Shown: piece after piece, positions 11,517 to 23,334 of the stretch
Numbering within the stretch: position 1 is the stretch's first letter
Layout: each line of letters opens with the position of its first letter
Assembly (NCBI GenBank): GCA_001179505.1
Contig: CDMY01000624.1
Location: forward strand, 124,001 to 188,000
Origin: Vitrella brassicaformis CCMP3155
Taxonomy: Eukaryota; Protista; Chromerida
Length of the DNA: 64,000 nucleotides
Direction of reading: 5' to 3'
Notes under the pieces: generated by a model
Seen by the model: the letters and a program-made list of their open reading frames with translations, nothing else
The model's database searches: none
Told to the model about the DNA's origin: nothing
Position numbers and translations under genes: made by a program

Positions 11517-12862
11517 GGGGGGGGGGGGGGGGGGGGGGGGGGATACACCCGTCATGATGAGACATGTACGTATGAACGTATGAACCTCTCTCTCTCGCAC
11601 CCATACGTGAGTGAGAGCCAAAGACGGAAGGCTTCATCCAGCAATCAACAAACCAGCCGAACACAAAACATACACACACACACACGCCGAGACGGACACA
11701 GCCACTTAGACACGGGAACACACAGGCAGGCAGGTGCAGGTGGCCGGCCTTTGCTGACTGACCATGTGCTGCGCAGCGGCCCTGCGGGCAGGCTGGCGCA
11801 CACAACACAGTCAGCAAGGCGGGCCGGGCCAGACAGACACATTTATGGGCTGTGCTGTGTGAAGGCCATGAGGGTATGAACCAAACACCGACGGACGGAC
11901 ATCTGCCAAGGGGGGAGGAGAGAGAGAGCAGAGGGGGATCGGCCGACCTGACCCTGACCTTCCCAAGTTGTGTTAAGAAAATCTGACTCGGTGTTGCTTC
12001 CTTCTGGTGCACATCAGCCAGCCCGCAGCACATCCGCCCACCCATCGGCAGACAGACAGACACATAGACAGCCAGCCAGATCCATCGGTCGGACACACGT
12101 GACGTGCATGGGGGCATACACGCACTCATTAATAATAAGATGGCCATTCATTCAGTCAGTCGAGGAGCCATCCATCCATCCACCAGCTGGCGAGAGAGAC
12201 ATTGCAGGTAGGAAAAATCCCACGCATGGCAGTAAACACATCCAAGCACGTATCGTATGCAGCAGCTGCATGGCCAGCTGTACATGCACCACACGAAACA
12301 CACAGGCCTCTCCTCTCTCCTTCTCTCCCCCTTTCTCCTTCCTTCTGTCGCCCACCAGCGGCAGAGACAGCAAAAATACACACGGGCAAGTTTCAGAGGG
12401 GAACGTGCAGGGCAGGGCAAGGATCAGATCAGACCGAGAGAGACACAGACATCCCAGAGCGAGCGAAGCGGCAATCAATCCATCCCTCCGTCATAAACTC
12501 AGTCATTTTCACTGGCTGCTCTGTGCTCGGCTGTCTGTCCCATCCATCCCCCATCCCTCTAGACTGCTGAAGGCCACCAAACACACACACACAGACACAC
12601 ACAAGCACTCGGACACACCCACACACGCACAGGCGAAAAGACAATGGCATCGTCAATCCACCGTACATCCATCCATCCATCCATCCATCCAGGCAGGCAG
12701 GCAGGCAGGCAAGCCGCATGGGACTGCTGGCTGGCTGGCTGGCTGGCTGGCTTGTCTGCTCTCACTTGACGACACAGCAAGTGAGCCCATGGCATCACAT
12801 ATATCCACCCAAAACCTCAACCTCACCCCTGCCTCCGTAACTGTCGCGGGGTCACCAACCAG

Positions 12863-13717
12863 TCATGCGCCATCTGCCTGTCCGGGAGGGATGGGCGAGA
12901 GGCTGCACAGGGCGAACCAACCCTCCTCAGACCTACACACACACACACACACACACACACGCAGGCAGGCAGGCAGGAATCGTCACTTGTGCCACCCTGT
13001 GTGGCGTCATCGACCTCCCTTCCCATCTCCCTCTCCTCTCCACCTGTGGGGGTGCAGTTTTCTGCCGTACGCCCACCCAGACTGGTCGACCTCCATTATC
13101 TCTACCTCCTCGCCGAGGTCAACACTCATCGCAACCGGAGAGGGCGTCACGCCCACCGCCGAGGCCGACACCGCAGCACCACGCTGAGTGACAGACACGC
13201 CGCACAGCACACAGAGAACCCTCAGATGCACTGTGCTGTGCTGTCCTGTCCGTGCCCGGCCGGTCATGTCGCCTCGTCCTTTCTTACCTGTGTTTGCAAG
13301 GTGACTGAGACGCAGACACGGCCGATCGACCCGACAGAGAAGGGCGGCGACGCACGGCCCTCCCGGCCCCCCACACCACCACCACCCACAGCAGGCAACA
13401 CATACCGCTCAAACTCCCAGGGGTCGTACTCATAGCTGACGAACGGCACCAGTCCACCTTGGCCATCGTCGCTCCTCTCTCCATCCTGACCACCGTCCCC
13501 CTCGCCCCTCTCTCTCTCGTGTTCTGGCGAGTGTGGTGGTGGCGTGACGCGCCAGAGTCGGCCGGAGGATGCATGTCGCAGCGACACACGCTGGGAGGGG
13601 GAGGGCTGCTGCGAACGGGTCGTCGGCGATTGGGCGGAGGTGTCGATCGACCGCAGCTCGTCCCTGTGCGCCCATACAATGCCGGATGGATGGATGGATA
13701 AGTTGCTGCCGGATCTC

Positions 13718-13750
<33 letters not shown>

Positions 13751-15122
13751 TGTGTGGTCTCTTACTGTCCGTGTGCGAAGTGGCATGACTTGCGCGTGCA
13801 CCGCCCAGCCAGCCAAAAGTAACAGAGCTTTCTGCACACACACACACACACACACACGTGTGTGTGTGTGTCAGATAAGAGCGTTCCACGTCTGTCTGTC
13901 TATCTATCATACGTCTTGGCGTAGTCGGGTCGGTTCCTGATCTCATCGGCCGAATGTGCATAGGTGCACTTGGAGCCGTACGAACATGCACCACGCAGAA
14001 ACAGCGGACAAAACTACACACACAACAGCCATCCACCCACCCATCCCAACCCAGCACAGTGAGTGCCTTTCCCTCCTCTGTGTTGTGTGTGCGCACCCGT
14101 GTTTTGTAGTAGGCCTGTTGATGCGTCGGCCCAGTCTGCCCCCTGCCGCCCCCGTCTCTCTGTTCTCTCTGGTCCCTGCTGCCCGTCTTGGCATCCAGCC
14201 CTGGTATGTGTCGGCCGATCTCGGGGTACCGCCCCGCCAGATCCAGCAGAGTCGTCACCGGCAATGTCACCTCCTTCGGCAGACCAAGCTGACATCCATC
14301 AATCCATCCATCAGCACAATATCCATCCACATTAAAATCCATTCATTCCCCTGTTACATGCAGTGCATCCAATCAATCAATCCACCGCATGCTCACGTTG
14401 GTCGCGGCCACTTCAGAGGCTGTGACTGCCGCAGGGACGGTCTCTGGCGGGTCCAGCAAAGGGTGCGGCGGGTCCGACGAATGCGGCGGCAGCGTCGCGC
14501 TCCGCGTGTGCGGCAGACGTCGGGGCGGGGGTGGCGGGGGCGGTGGGGGGACGGGCATACCACTGTGCGCCTCCTGCGTGTGTGGCGGTAGAATGAAGGG
14601 GTCGTCGGCGCTCGAGGAAGAGAGCGGCATCTGAGGCATGCGTGTGGTGGGGGAGGGAGTCAACACGCCTTGGGGGCCCGGCCGCTGCTGAGCCGACTCA
14701 TATCGGGGCGGCGGGGGCATGGTGGCCTTCCCACCTGGCTCAGTGTAGGATGACTGCTGGTGCTGCTGCTGCTGGTACTGCTGGTACTGCTGATGATGGG
14801 GCACTAATGGCGTCGACTGAGGCGGCCGCGTGTAACTCTGCTGCTGCTGATGTTGTTGATGCTGATACTGTTGTTGCTGTTGATAGTGCTGAGAGTGCGG
14901 TCGTTGAGCCAACAGGTAAGAAGCAGAGGAAGGGCTGCCAGTGGGCGGTGGCAGTGGCAGCGGCTCATCGCCTGCCGCTGCTGTCAAAACTGAATGTCGA
15001 GCAGGCAGTGCAGTGTGCTGTCCTTGATCCACATGTTGATGATACTGTCTGTTGTCGCTGCCGTATATGAATTGGTCGTCGAGCAGCTGGCGGGCGGTGG
15101 GGACGCGGCCTTGCATCCTCAT
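12863..15122 (-). CDS. Tandem CCCH zinc-finger protein with a Gln/Pro-rich N-terminus and a C-terminal SH3-like domain (7 exons)
   Basis: Splicing gives YYKTR|FCPLFLRGACSYGSKCTYAH (exon 14013-13913) and YAKT|KLCYFWLAGRCTRKSCHFAHGQ|DELR (exon 13831-13766). The C-terminus reads VPFVSYEYDP...AMSVDLGEEVEIMEVDQSGWAYGRKLHPHR|SEEGWFALCSL, with TGA at 12863-12865. Confidence 0.85.
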
Positions 15123-15704
15123 TCATTGGGGCCACGTGCGATGCGATATGTAGCAATGCGAAAGGATTGAAGCGTCAGGAAAAAAGTCCAGTCTGACTCG
15201 CTCGTTAGTTAGTGCTCTCTCCGCCGGCCAACGTCGCACAATGCTCAGCCGGGCGCCGCAGAAGCGACCCAAAAGGAAGCTCGCGCTCGAGCTCGCGCAT
15301 CTGCGAGCTTGGCAGAAAAGGCAAAATATCCTCGAGAGGAGCCTTCAGGAGGTCCCCGGAAGGGCAGCGGTAAGTAACGGCATAGCGCACAGTTCTCATA
15401 TGTTCGAGTGAGTCCCCAGGGTTCACCCAGAAGGCTTCTCCCTTCCTCGCCGGTGTGCGTGTGTGCAGGCTGCTACTGGGGCGAAGTAGTACGTACCTAC
15501 CCCCCCACCATATATTCCATCCACTGATCTCCAACCAACGGTAGGTACGCGCAGCGCACCACAAGGACGTTCGAACACGCACCAACACGCGTAAGTTCAC
15601 CCTCACAGATCTGACTGGGTGTCTGATCTGTTCTCTGGTCGGGAACACACAGATCCTTTCCTTCAAGGTGGCACGAGCACACGACAGGAGAGCCAACAGG
15701 GGCA

Positions 15705-16067
15705 ATGAGCTCACCATCAGATGACCCAGAGGCCGGCCTGGTGACAACTCAGGTGTCCGCAGAGAGCGGCGGCCTCAAGAGCATCACCATGGCCATCCCG
15801 GACACCGTGGTCGAGGAGCCGGATGACGACCCAGAGGTCGATCCTCCCGTCCCCCCGCACCTCAAGCAGCCTCCGAGCGACTCGGGGAGCGTCCCCAAGC
15901 GCGCTCTGACCAGGATGGAGACCGTGGTCAAGCAGACCTCGAGGGCTTCCTGCATGGCGAGCAGGGTGGCGCTGAACATCGCCTTTGGCCTGGCGGTGCT
16001 GGTGGTGGTGCTGCTCGTCGCGTATGGCATCTCAGAGCTGGTCAAGCTGGGCGAGGATGACAAGTAG
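15705..16067 (+). CDS. Small putative tail-anchored membrane protein
   Basis: 120-aa ATG ORF with an acidic Pro-rich N-terminus and one hydrophobic segment near the C-terminus (VALNIAFGLAVLVVVLLVAYGI). Upstream + strand splice signals suggest extra 5' exons. Confidence 0.6.
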   Translation: MSSPSDDPEAGLVTTQVSAESGGLKSITMAIPDTVVEEPDDDPEVDPPVPPHLKQPPSDSGSVPKRALTRMETVVKQTSRASCMASRVALNIAFGLAVLVVVLLVAYGISELVKLGEDDK

Positions 16068-17710
16068 CGAGTGGCGTGGTGTGGGTGAGTGTATTTGTTG
16101 CCGTGATGATCAGTCAGTTGATGTGGTGGAAGATTGATCGATCAGTCGTGTGCGTGTCCGTGTCATCATCAATCAGGCCTGGGTCAGTCAGTCACCAAGC
16201 CGTCTGTCTGTCTGTCTGTCTCACGTGTAGCGCTTTATCCATCCATCTATCTCATCTCATGTGTGTCCATACAATATGTGTCTTTGTCCACACACATACA
16301 TTCCACTGGGGGAGCCTCCATGCCATCCATCCATCTATCTATCTATTCACATACCTGAGTACTTACATACGGGCGGGGACCACTTCACTTGACTTGACTT
16401 CACTCCACTTGGGTGGGCTTCACTGATTGATTATTGCCTTTATTGGGTGCGTGCCGTGCATGGCTTCGTTGACAGCGTCCGCATTCGCGTGGTGGGTTGC
16501 GTTGTGCATGGGAGCATGGGGGGGTGGGGCGGGGCGAGGGCTGGGGAGGGCAGGGCAGCAGAGCAGAAAGCGCGGAAGGAGCTGCGTGTCTGTCTGTCTG
16601 TCTGCCTGTGTGTCCATCTTGCCTTGGATGTCCAGTCCAGTCAGCAAGTAGCTTTTGAGTGATTTGAGTCTAGTGGTCGATCGATGGATTGACCAGTCAT
16701 AATCCCTCCATGAGGGCAATAAATACTTACTACTGGGTAGGCACATGTGCCACACACACATACACACATCCATACGTCCACACAGTCCATACGTCATACA
16801 CACATCTGGTAGTAGGGATTGAGACCTAGCCAACACACACTCGGGTGATAGAACCAGCTGTGAGGAGGTCGGTGAGGTGGCGGGGCAGGGACCGACCCGG
16901 GTTTCGCCTCCTTGACGTCCTTCTCCAGCTAGGCCTATTCTCCAGAGGTGTCTCAGCGTGAATGAGTGACCGGCTCTTCCCCAATTTCTCGATGCTGCTG
17001 TTCGGATTTCTCGCCTCTGTTGGACTGCCCACACGTCTCCGGGGTAGACGGGGGCGTGTGTTAAGTCCCTGAGGGGAAGGTCATCCTAAAGGCAGCTAAG
17101 GGGCTGGGTGGGAAGGGGATGGGAGGGGCATCGGCTGGCTGGCTGGCCGATTGATGCATGTCCGTGTTACGTGGGTACATGTGAGCTGGCTGGCACAGAG
17201 AGAGAGAGAGAGTGTTTGTGTGTGTACGTGTGTGACTGGCATGGGGCATACGCAGGGAGGGTCTCTTGTTATGTATGTCGTTCGTCCCTTGATTGACGCC
17301 CACGACCGTGCCGTGCCTGCATCTGTGCAGCGTGCAGGGTGGTGGGTGTGGATCTCTTGCTGTCTTTCTGTCTTGCTGTCTCGCTGTCGTTGTCTTGTTG
17401 TGAGTTGTTGTGCATCCCGTTGAACTGCCATATGTGTCCATGAGAGTGCGAGCAACAGACGAACGGTATGGGCCTGCACTGGATAAAACAATCATCTAAC
17501 AACGACTGCACGTACGCGCGAACAAATAAGTGGGCGCATCCTTGCCTTCCTTGCCGCCCATCTGACTGACGTCTCAAAGCTCAATCAAAGCTCACAAGCT
17601 GAAAATCTCTCTCTCTCTCTCTCCTCTCCCCATTTCTTGCTGACGACAGACAACCATGTAGGTACCTCTCAGCTTAAGACGTGTGTGACATCTCTGGCCT
17701 GTCTTTGTAG

Positions 17711-17778
17711 TGACGGCTGGTGACGTGTGGCGGCCTCCCCCGAGGTCGGGGAGACCGCCATTGTGTCACCACTCGTCA
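17711..17778. other. 68-nt imperfect inverted repeat (long hairpin)
   Basis: tgacggctggtgacgtgtggcggcctcccc, loop cgaggtc, ggggagaccgccattgtgtcaccactcgtca; about 30 bp of pairing with G:T wobbles and a few mismatches. Confidence 0.75.
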
Positions 17779-18052
17779 TCAAAAACCGGCCAGTGGCGTC
17801 ACAAGGAACGCATTGAATGCATCAGGACGGTGATCTCTCTTGGGCCCTGCTCTCGAGTACGCAATTGCATTTTCTTACACACGCACCCTCGTCGTCAAAT
17901 CAACGATCGACAGGCGCGTGACGTGACTACCCCCTCCCCCCTTTGCCTTAAAGCCAACGTATGCACACCAAGATAAAGAGACACATAAACCTTCTTCTCA
18001 CACACACACACACACACAACTGGCTGCAGCATGAAACAACACCATGCAATCA

Positions 18053-19345
18053 CTACACTGCCACCACCTGCTGCTGCTGCTGCTGCTGCCCCGGCCTGGC
18101 GTCGTCATAGCTGTGTGTGGTGTCGTCCTTGTCCTTGCCAGTGCCATTGTCCTTGTCGATGTGTGTGCCGGTGACATCTGCCTCTATGTCGGTGTGTGTG
18201 GTGTCCGTCTTGGGCAGCGTGCGGAGGGACACCATGTTGGCCCTCCCGGGGTGCGCCCACATGTCGACCACAGAAGCCGCGACGGTCACAATCTGATGGA
18301 TGTCATGTGACAACCGCAGAGAGAGGGAGGGAAGGGAGAGAGAGTGCTGGATACATGTGCTGGGGCAGATCGGGGTGGGGGTCAGGGGGTGGGGGATTGT
18401 GTGTGGGTGCTGTGCTCACGGCAGAGATGGCCGGGACGAGAATGAAAGCGATCATGGTGTCGACGCAGTAGAGCCCGCACGGCAGCGTTATGAAGTTTAG
18501 CCCACCTGACCCATACACGCGCACACGCGACACACACCACACACATGCATGACAGAACGGCGCAGAAATCGACTTGCCGTGTCTTTCCTCGTTCACTCAC
18601 CGACAAAGTCTCCAGTGATGATCCAGCCCTGCCAGCAACCCCACACAGCACACCAACACAGGACAGACGAATGAATGGATGGATGGAACGTCACGCATGC
18701 TCCCGCCCATCTCCCTCCAGGTTTCCCTCCCTGTCTGTCTGACCTGCACGAATATGGTGAGTATGCCGGCCAGACATCCGCAGAAGGCCCCGGCAGTCGT
18801 GGTCTTGCCCCACATGCCCAGAAAGATCGGCGCCACCACCTAATACACACACACACACATACACACACGCGCGCGCGCGCACGCCTGTCCGCGATTACGT
18901 CAGTGCGGAAGAGGCCCACCGATGCGGCGAGGAGGTCTGCGATGAGGAACAGGTTGAGTACTGACAGGCCTATTGCGCCGATTATCACTGCAGGAACGTT
19001 GACCTACACACACACACACACACACACAGCCATAGGAAGAGAAACCGATCAATGCTCTCTCCGTGTGTGTGGGTGTGTGTGTGTGCTCACGGCGATGGCC
19101 AGCAGCCTTGCCCAGTTGACCGACACTTTGTGCGCCATCAGGTCGCTCGCAACCAACGCCACAATCCCTGCAGGCACCGACAGGACTCTTCCGTCCGTCC
19201 CATTACTTCATTGATTCGTTCATTCACTCCTCCTCACTGACCGTTCTGAAGTGTGTCGACGGTGGATGCGACGAGGGCCACGGCAAGGATGGCCACCAGC
19301 ACCACCCAAAACAGCGGCAGCTTAGACAACAGCTGACGTGACACA

Positions 19346-19386
<41 letters not shown>

Positions 19387-20721
19387 GGGTGAGAAGGGCA
19401 CACGAGTGGTTGTGCTGATTGATGGGTCGGTCGGTCAGTGAGAACACAACACCCACAAAGAAGAAGGCGAGGAACCCCATGCCCTCGATCTCCCCGTCTG
19501 TGTCGATGGCCTCGGCAACCATGCCCGACACACCGAACAGCAGCATCGTCGGGATGATCAGAATGCCACCACACACCAGACCCAGACGAACGTCTCGGCT
19601 GCTCTCGGCCGCCCACACCTAACACAACACACCCACACAAACGATCCCCACACAAGAGGATAAGAACGATCTGGTGTGTGGGCTTGCGTGGCTGGTGTGT
19701 GTGTGTGCGTGTGTGTGCGCGCATTTACGCGCTGCCAAGTGCCCTGGTTGAGTATTTCCGCTGGGATGATGGCCAGAATCAACGCAACGAGCGCTTGAAA
19801 CCCCTGCAGGACAGCAACAGACACAGTGGGGGAGAGGGGCGCTGTGATTGTGTGGTGTGTTATGTGGTTAGGTTGACCTCTGGTGTCCAGGTGGCGACTT
19901 TGCTCCACTGCTCGGGTGGGATGTCGACCTTCCACAGCACCCGACCCACAGCAATGACCACCAACACACCTACCAAAGCACCCTGGTACCTGACACACAC
20001 ACACAGACAGAGGCTCCAGTTCAGCCACGTGTTTGTGGTCTGACCTCGCAGACTCACTTATCGGTGACGATAGATGCGGGCAGCCCGGCGTATGCCGTGT
20101 AGAGAGTGGTGATGATGGCCACGGGCAGGATGGCCGAGAGGGGGGAGAGGGAGTCCGCCAGCAGCGGCAGCGTCTGGCCGATGGTTGTGAACTCGGCGGT
20201 GAGGGCGATGAACATGTAGAAGAGCGACACCACCGACACCATCAAATGAACCACACGGCCATAGCGCCTGCACACAGCCACACACATCCGCCCACCCTCC
20301 CTCCCTCCCTCTCTCCGCTGCTTACTCTTTGACATAGTCGGAGACTGTGAAGCCCCTGTCGCCCATGGCATTGCGCACCTTCGGCCCCAGCCATATCAGC
20401 ACCCACAGGGGCGTCGATGACGCCAAGGCATAGCCCAACACGCCCCACCTGACACACACACCACACCACACCACACCAGACAGACCATCAACACACACAC
20501 ACACACACACATCACTTCCATGAGTGTGTGTGACCAAAGGGATGCGTGGATGGATGGATGGATAGATGGCCACCTACCATCCGAGGAAGGTGCCGACTTC
20601 AGGTGCTGCGAATATGACCCAGTTGCCCATGCCCGACACGAAGAACGACATCGCCAGGACATACCATTTCTTGGAGTTACGCGCAGACAGAAACTCCTCC
20701 CCGGGATCGACGATCTGAACA

Positions 20722-20761
<40 letters not shown>

Positions 20762-20915
20762 TATCATGCCCACCCACGGAGGCTGCAGACCTGTCTGTGA
20801 GTGACCTAGGTACCTTTTTGTATTTGACGCCTCCGGCCCATCCTGCGAGTGCTGCGAAGAAGAAGAGGGTGCAGTAGAGGATGGGATACGCCGCCGCCTC
20901 TCTCAGCACGGCCAT
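18053..20915 (-). CDS. Sodium:solute symporter (SSS/SLC5) family transporter, many exons
   Basis: Exons include EEFLSARNS...SFFVSGMGNWVIFAAPEVG, WGVLGYALAS...GPKVR...GFTVSDYVKE|RYGR, YTAYAGLPASIVTDK, NQGTWQRV|WAA and FLIADLLAA; these are typical SSS motifs with many TM helices. Confidence 0.9.
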
Positions 20916-21298
20916 GCAGACAGACAGACAGACGGACAGAACCGCTCACTCACAACCAATCAACCGCAGGAGATCTTCCCGATGTGATTGATTAGTGTTG
21001 GTCAGGGGGCCTTGGGACGTGTCCAGACAGACAGATGAATGAATGAATCAACCGAAGAAAGATCCGGGAGAAAAGCTGTCGCATTTCCAAGCTCGCAAAA
21101 GCCGTGAGAGGAGCGAGAGGAGAGGGGGAAAGCAGGGATGCCGCGATCAATTTAGCCCATCAGAGCGGTGCTGACCAGCATTTCACTCATGTTTTCCCAC
21201 CGAAACGGTCTTATTCGAGCAGAATAGGGATGCGGCTGGTTGGCTCTCTGGTGCCCTGATAGTGATGCTACCTTGATGCTACCGTGACAGACCCTGGG

Positions 21299-23303
21299 AT
21301 GCGGCGGCCTTCTCAAGGGTGGATTGGCGCCCCAGCCGATGCACCGCACCAGCCTGCATTCGCCCTCTCAGCAGGACAGAGAGATGAACCGCGACAGCCA
21401 CTGGCAGCACAACCGACGCAACCACCGCAAGAATCGCAGCCAACGGCGCCCTCAGGGTCTGCTGCGGTCCCATCGCAGCCACATGCCCGTCTTCAGCCGT
21501 GGGTTCGGCTACGCAGCACCGGCTCCCTAGATCAGCAGCATGCCCAGCCCCCTGCACCACCAGCAAAGGCAGAGCCAGTCAGAGCGCCATCTGCACCAGC
21601 CTCCCCAGTGCAGATCGAATCCCCCGCCCCGCCATCACGCCCAGCACTCGCTGCGGCAGCTACAGCGGACCAGCAGCAGCCACAAGCACAGCCACAGCCA
21701 CAGCCACAGCCACAACTGCAGCCACGAAAGGGCGCCCCTCCCGAGTTGGCTGATGTGGGTGGCGACAAGCCGGCGCAGCAACAAGAGCAAGGGCGGCGTG
21801 GGAGGGCCACGGCGGCCAGCAAGGGCGGTCAGGGTGACTCTCTGCTGGCGTTTGTGCGGCCGGAGAGGGAGATGGACACCGCCCAGGCAGTCGAGAAACG
21901 GGGCGCCATCCTGACGCCTGTTAGTGGTGGCAGTGGTGGTGGTGGTGGGGCCGCGTCGGAGCCGCCCGCCCTCTCGTCTGCGGCCACAGGGCCGGGGGGC
22001 AGCCTGATATTCCGTCTGGGGTGGCTTGGCCAGCTGCTGCTCGACCCCTTCTACAACAGAGACCTCCGCGCCGTCCACGAGAAGAAAGACAAGGAGAAAA
22101 GGGGCGAGGAGAGAGGGGGGCAGGAGAGGCCGCCATCCAACGCACTCGACGACCGCAGCGGGGAGTATGAGTCGCCGGGGCACCAGCAGCGCCGCGAGAG
22201 GTCGGGGTGGCTGTACGGTGCTCTCATGCGTGAGCTGGCGAGTCTCTGGCGGTCGACGGGCGGGGGGTGGGTGGCGTCGCCCTTGCTGGGAGAGAGAGGG
22301 CCGGACGGCATGACGGTGGCCGCGTCGTGTGCGGCGCTGGGGGTGCCCGATGGCGACATTGTCGCGCCATCACTGCTGCCGGAGAGGCTCGCGGAAGACC
22401 TACACAGAGATCGGGACACTCGTAGCAACCCACAGGTGGTCCGCCTGGCAGCTTGGCAGCGTGCACACGCCCATGGCAAGCCACAGGGGGCGGGGGCAGG
22501 GTCAGGGCAGCTGTCCCTGCCGTCGATGGCCCTGCACGCCCTCGTCATCCGGCTGGAGGGGCTGGCCCTGACCTCTCACGAGCTGTTCTCGCAGGAGGAC
22601 CACCTGGTGGCCGACCTGATCGATTTGTATGCCGCCTTTGAGGACAAGACGGAGGGCAGGATGGGGGGCTACCTGACGCAGAAGCTGCACGCGCTGATGC
22701 AGCATGGCAGGACCATTGAGCAGCTAGGCGATAGGGATCAGTGGCGGGAACACTTGAGGGAGCAGAGGTGAGCGAGCTGGTTGGTGGGCAAATGGGGGAG
22801 AGAAGGTGGCGCTTTGACACACACGTACACGTGTGTGGTTGTGTGTGGCTGTGTTTGTGTGTGTCAGGCAGGTGCGTGTAGAGCGTGACCGCGAGGAGAG
22901 GGAGGAGCTCGATCTGGCGCAGAAGCTTTACGCCAAATGGAACGACATCAAAGCCATCAGGAAACAACAGGTAAACACCCTCCTCTCCCCCCCCCCCCCC
23001 CCCNNNNNNNNNNNNNNNNNNNNNNNNNNNNNNNNNNNNNNNNNNNNNNNNNNNNNNNNNNNNNNNNNNNNNNNNNNNNNNNNNNNNNNNNNNNNNNNNN
23101 NNNNNNNNNNNNNNNNNNNNNNNNNNNNNNNNNNNNNNNNNNNNNNNNNNNNNNNNNNNNNNNNNNNNNNNNNNNNNNNNNNNNNNNNNNNNNNNNNNNN
23201 NNNNNNNNNNNNNNNNNNNNNNNNNNNNNNNNNNNNNNNNNNNNNNNNNNNNNNNNNNNNNNNNNNNNNNNNNNNNNNNNNNNNNNNNNNNNNNNNNNNN
23301 NNN

Positions 23304-23334
<31 letters not shown>

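Noticed and set aside
11182-13187. Long ORFs 11182-12147 (-) and 11970-13187 (+)
   Set aside because: Composed of microsatellite-derived low-complexity translation (HT, SIHP, QAGR) and N runs; no domain signal.
15205-15747. 180-aa minus-strand ORF with a signal-peptide-like start
   Set aside because: It overlaps the 15705 ORF, and the strong donors and acceptors in this interval (gtaagt, gtgtgcag) are on the + strand. It is more likely an antisense shadow of 5' exons, though not fully excluded.
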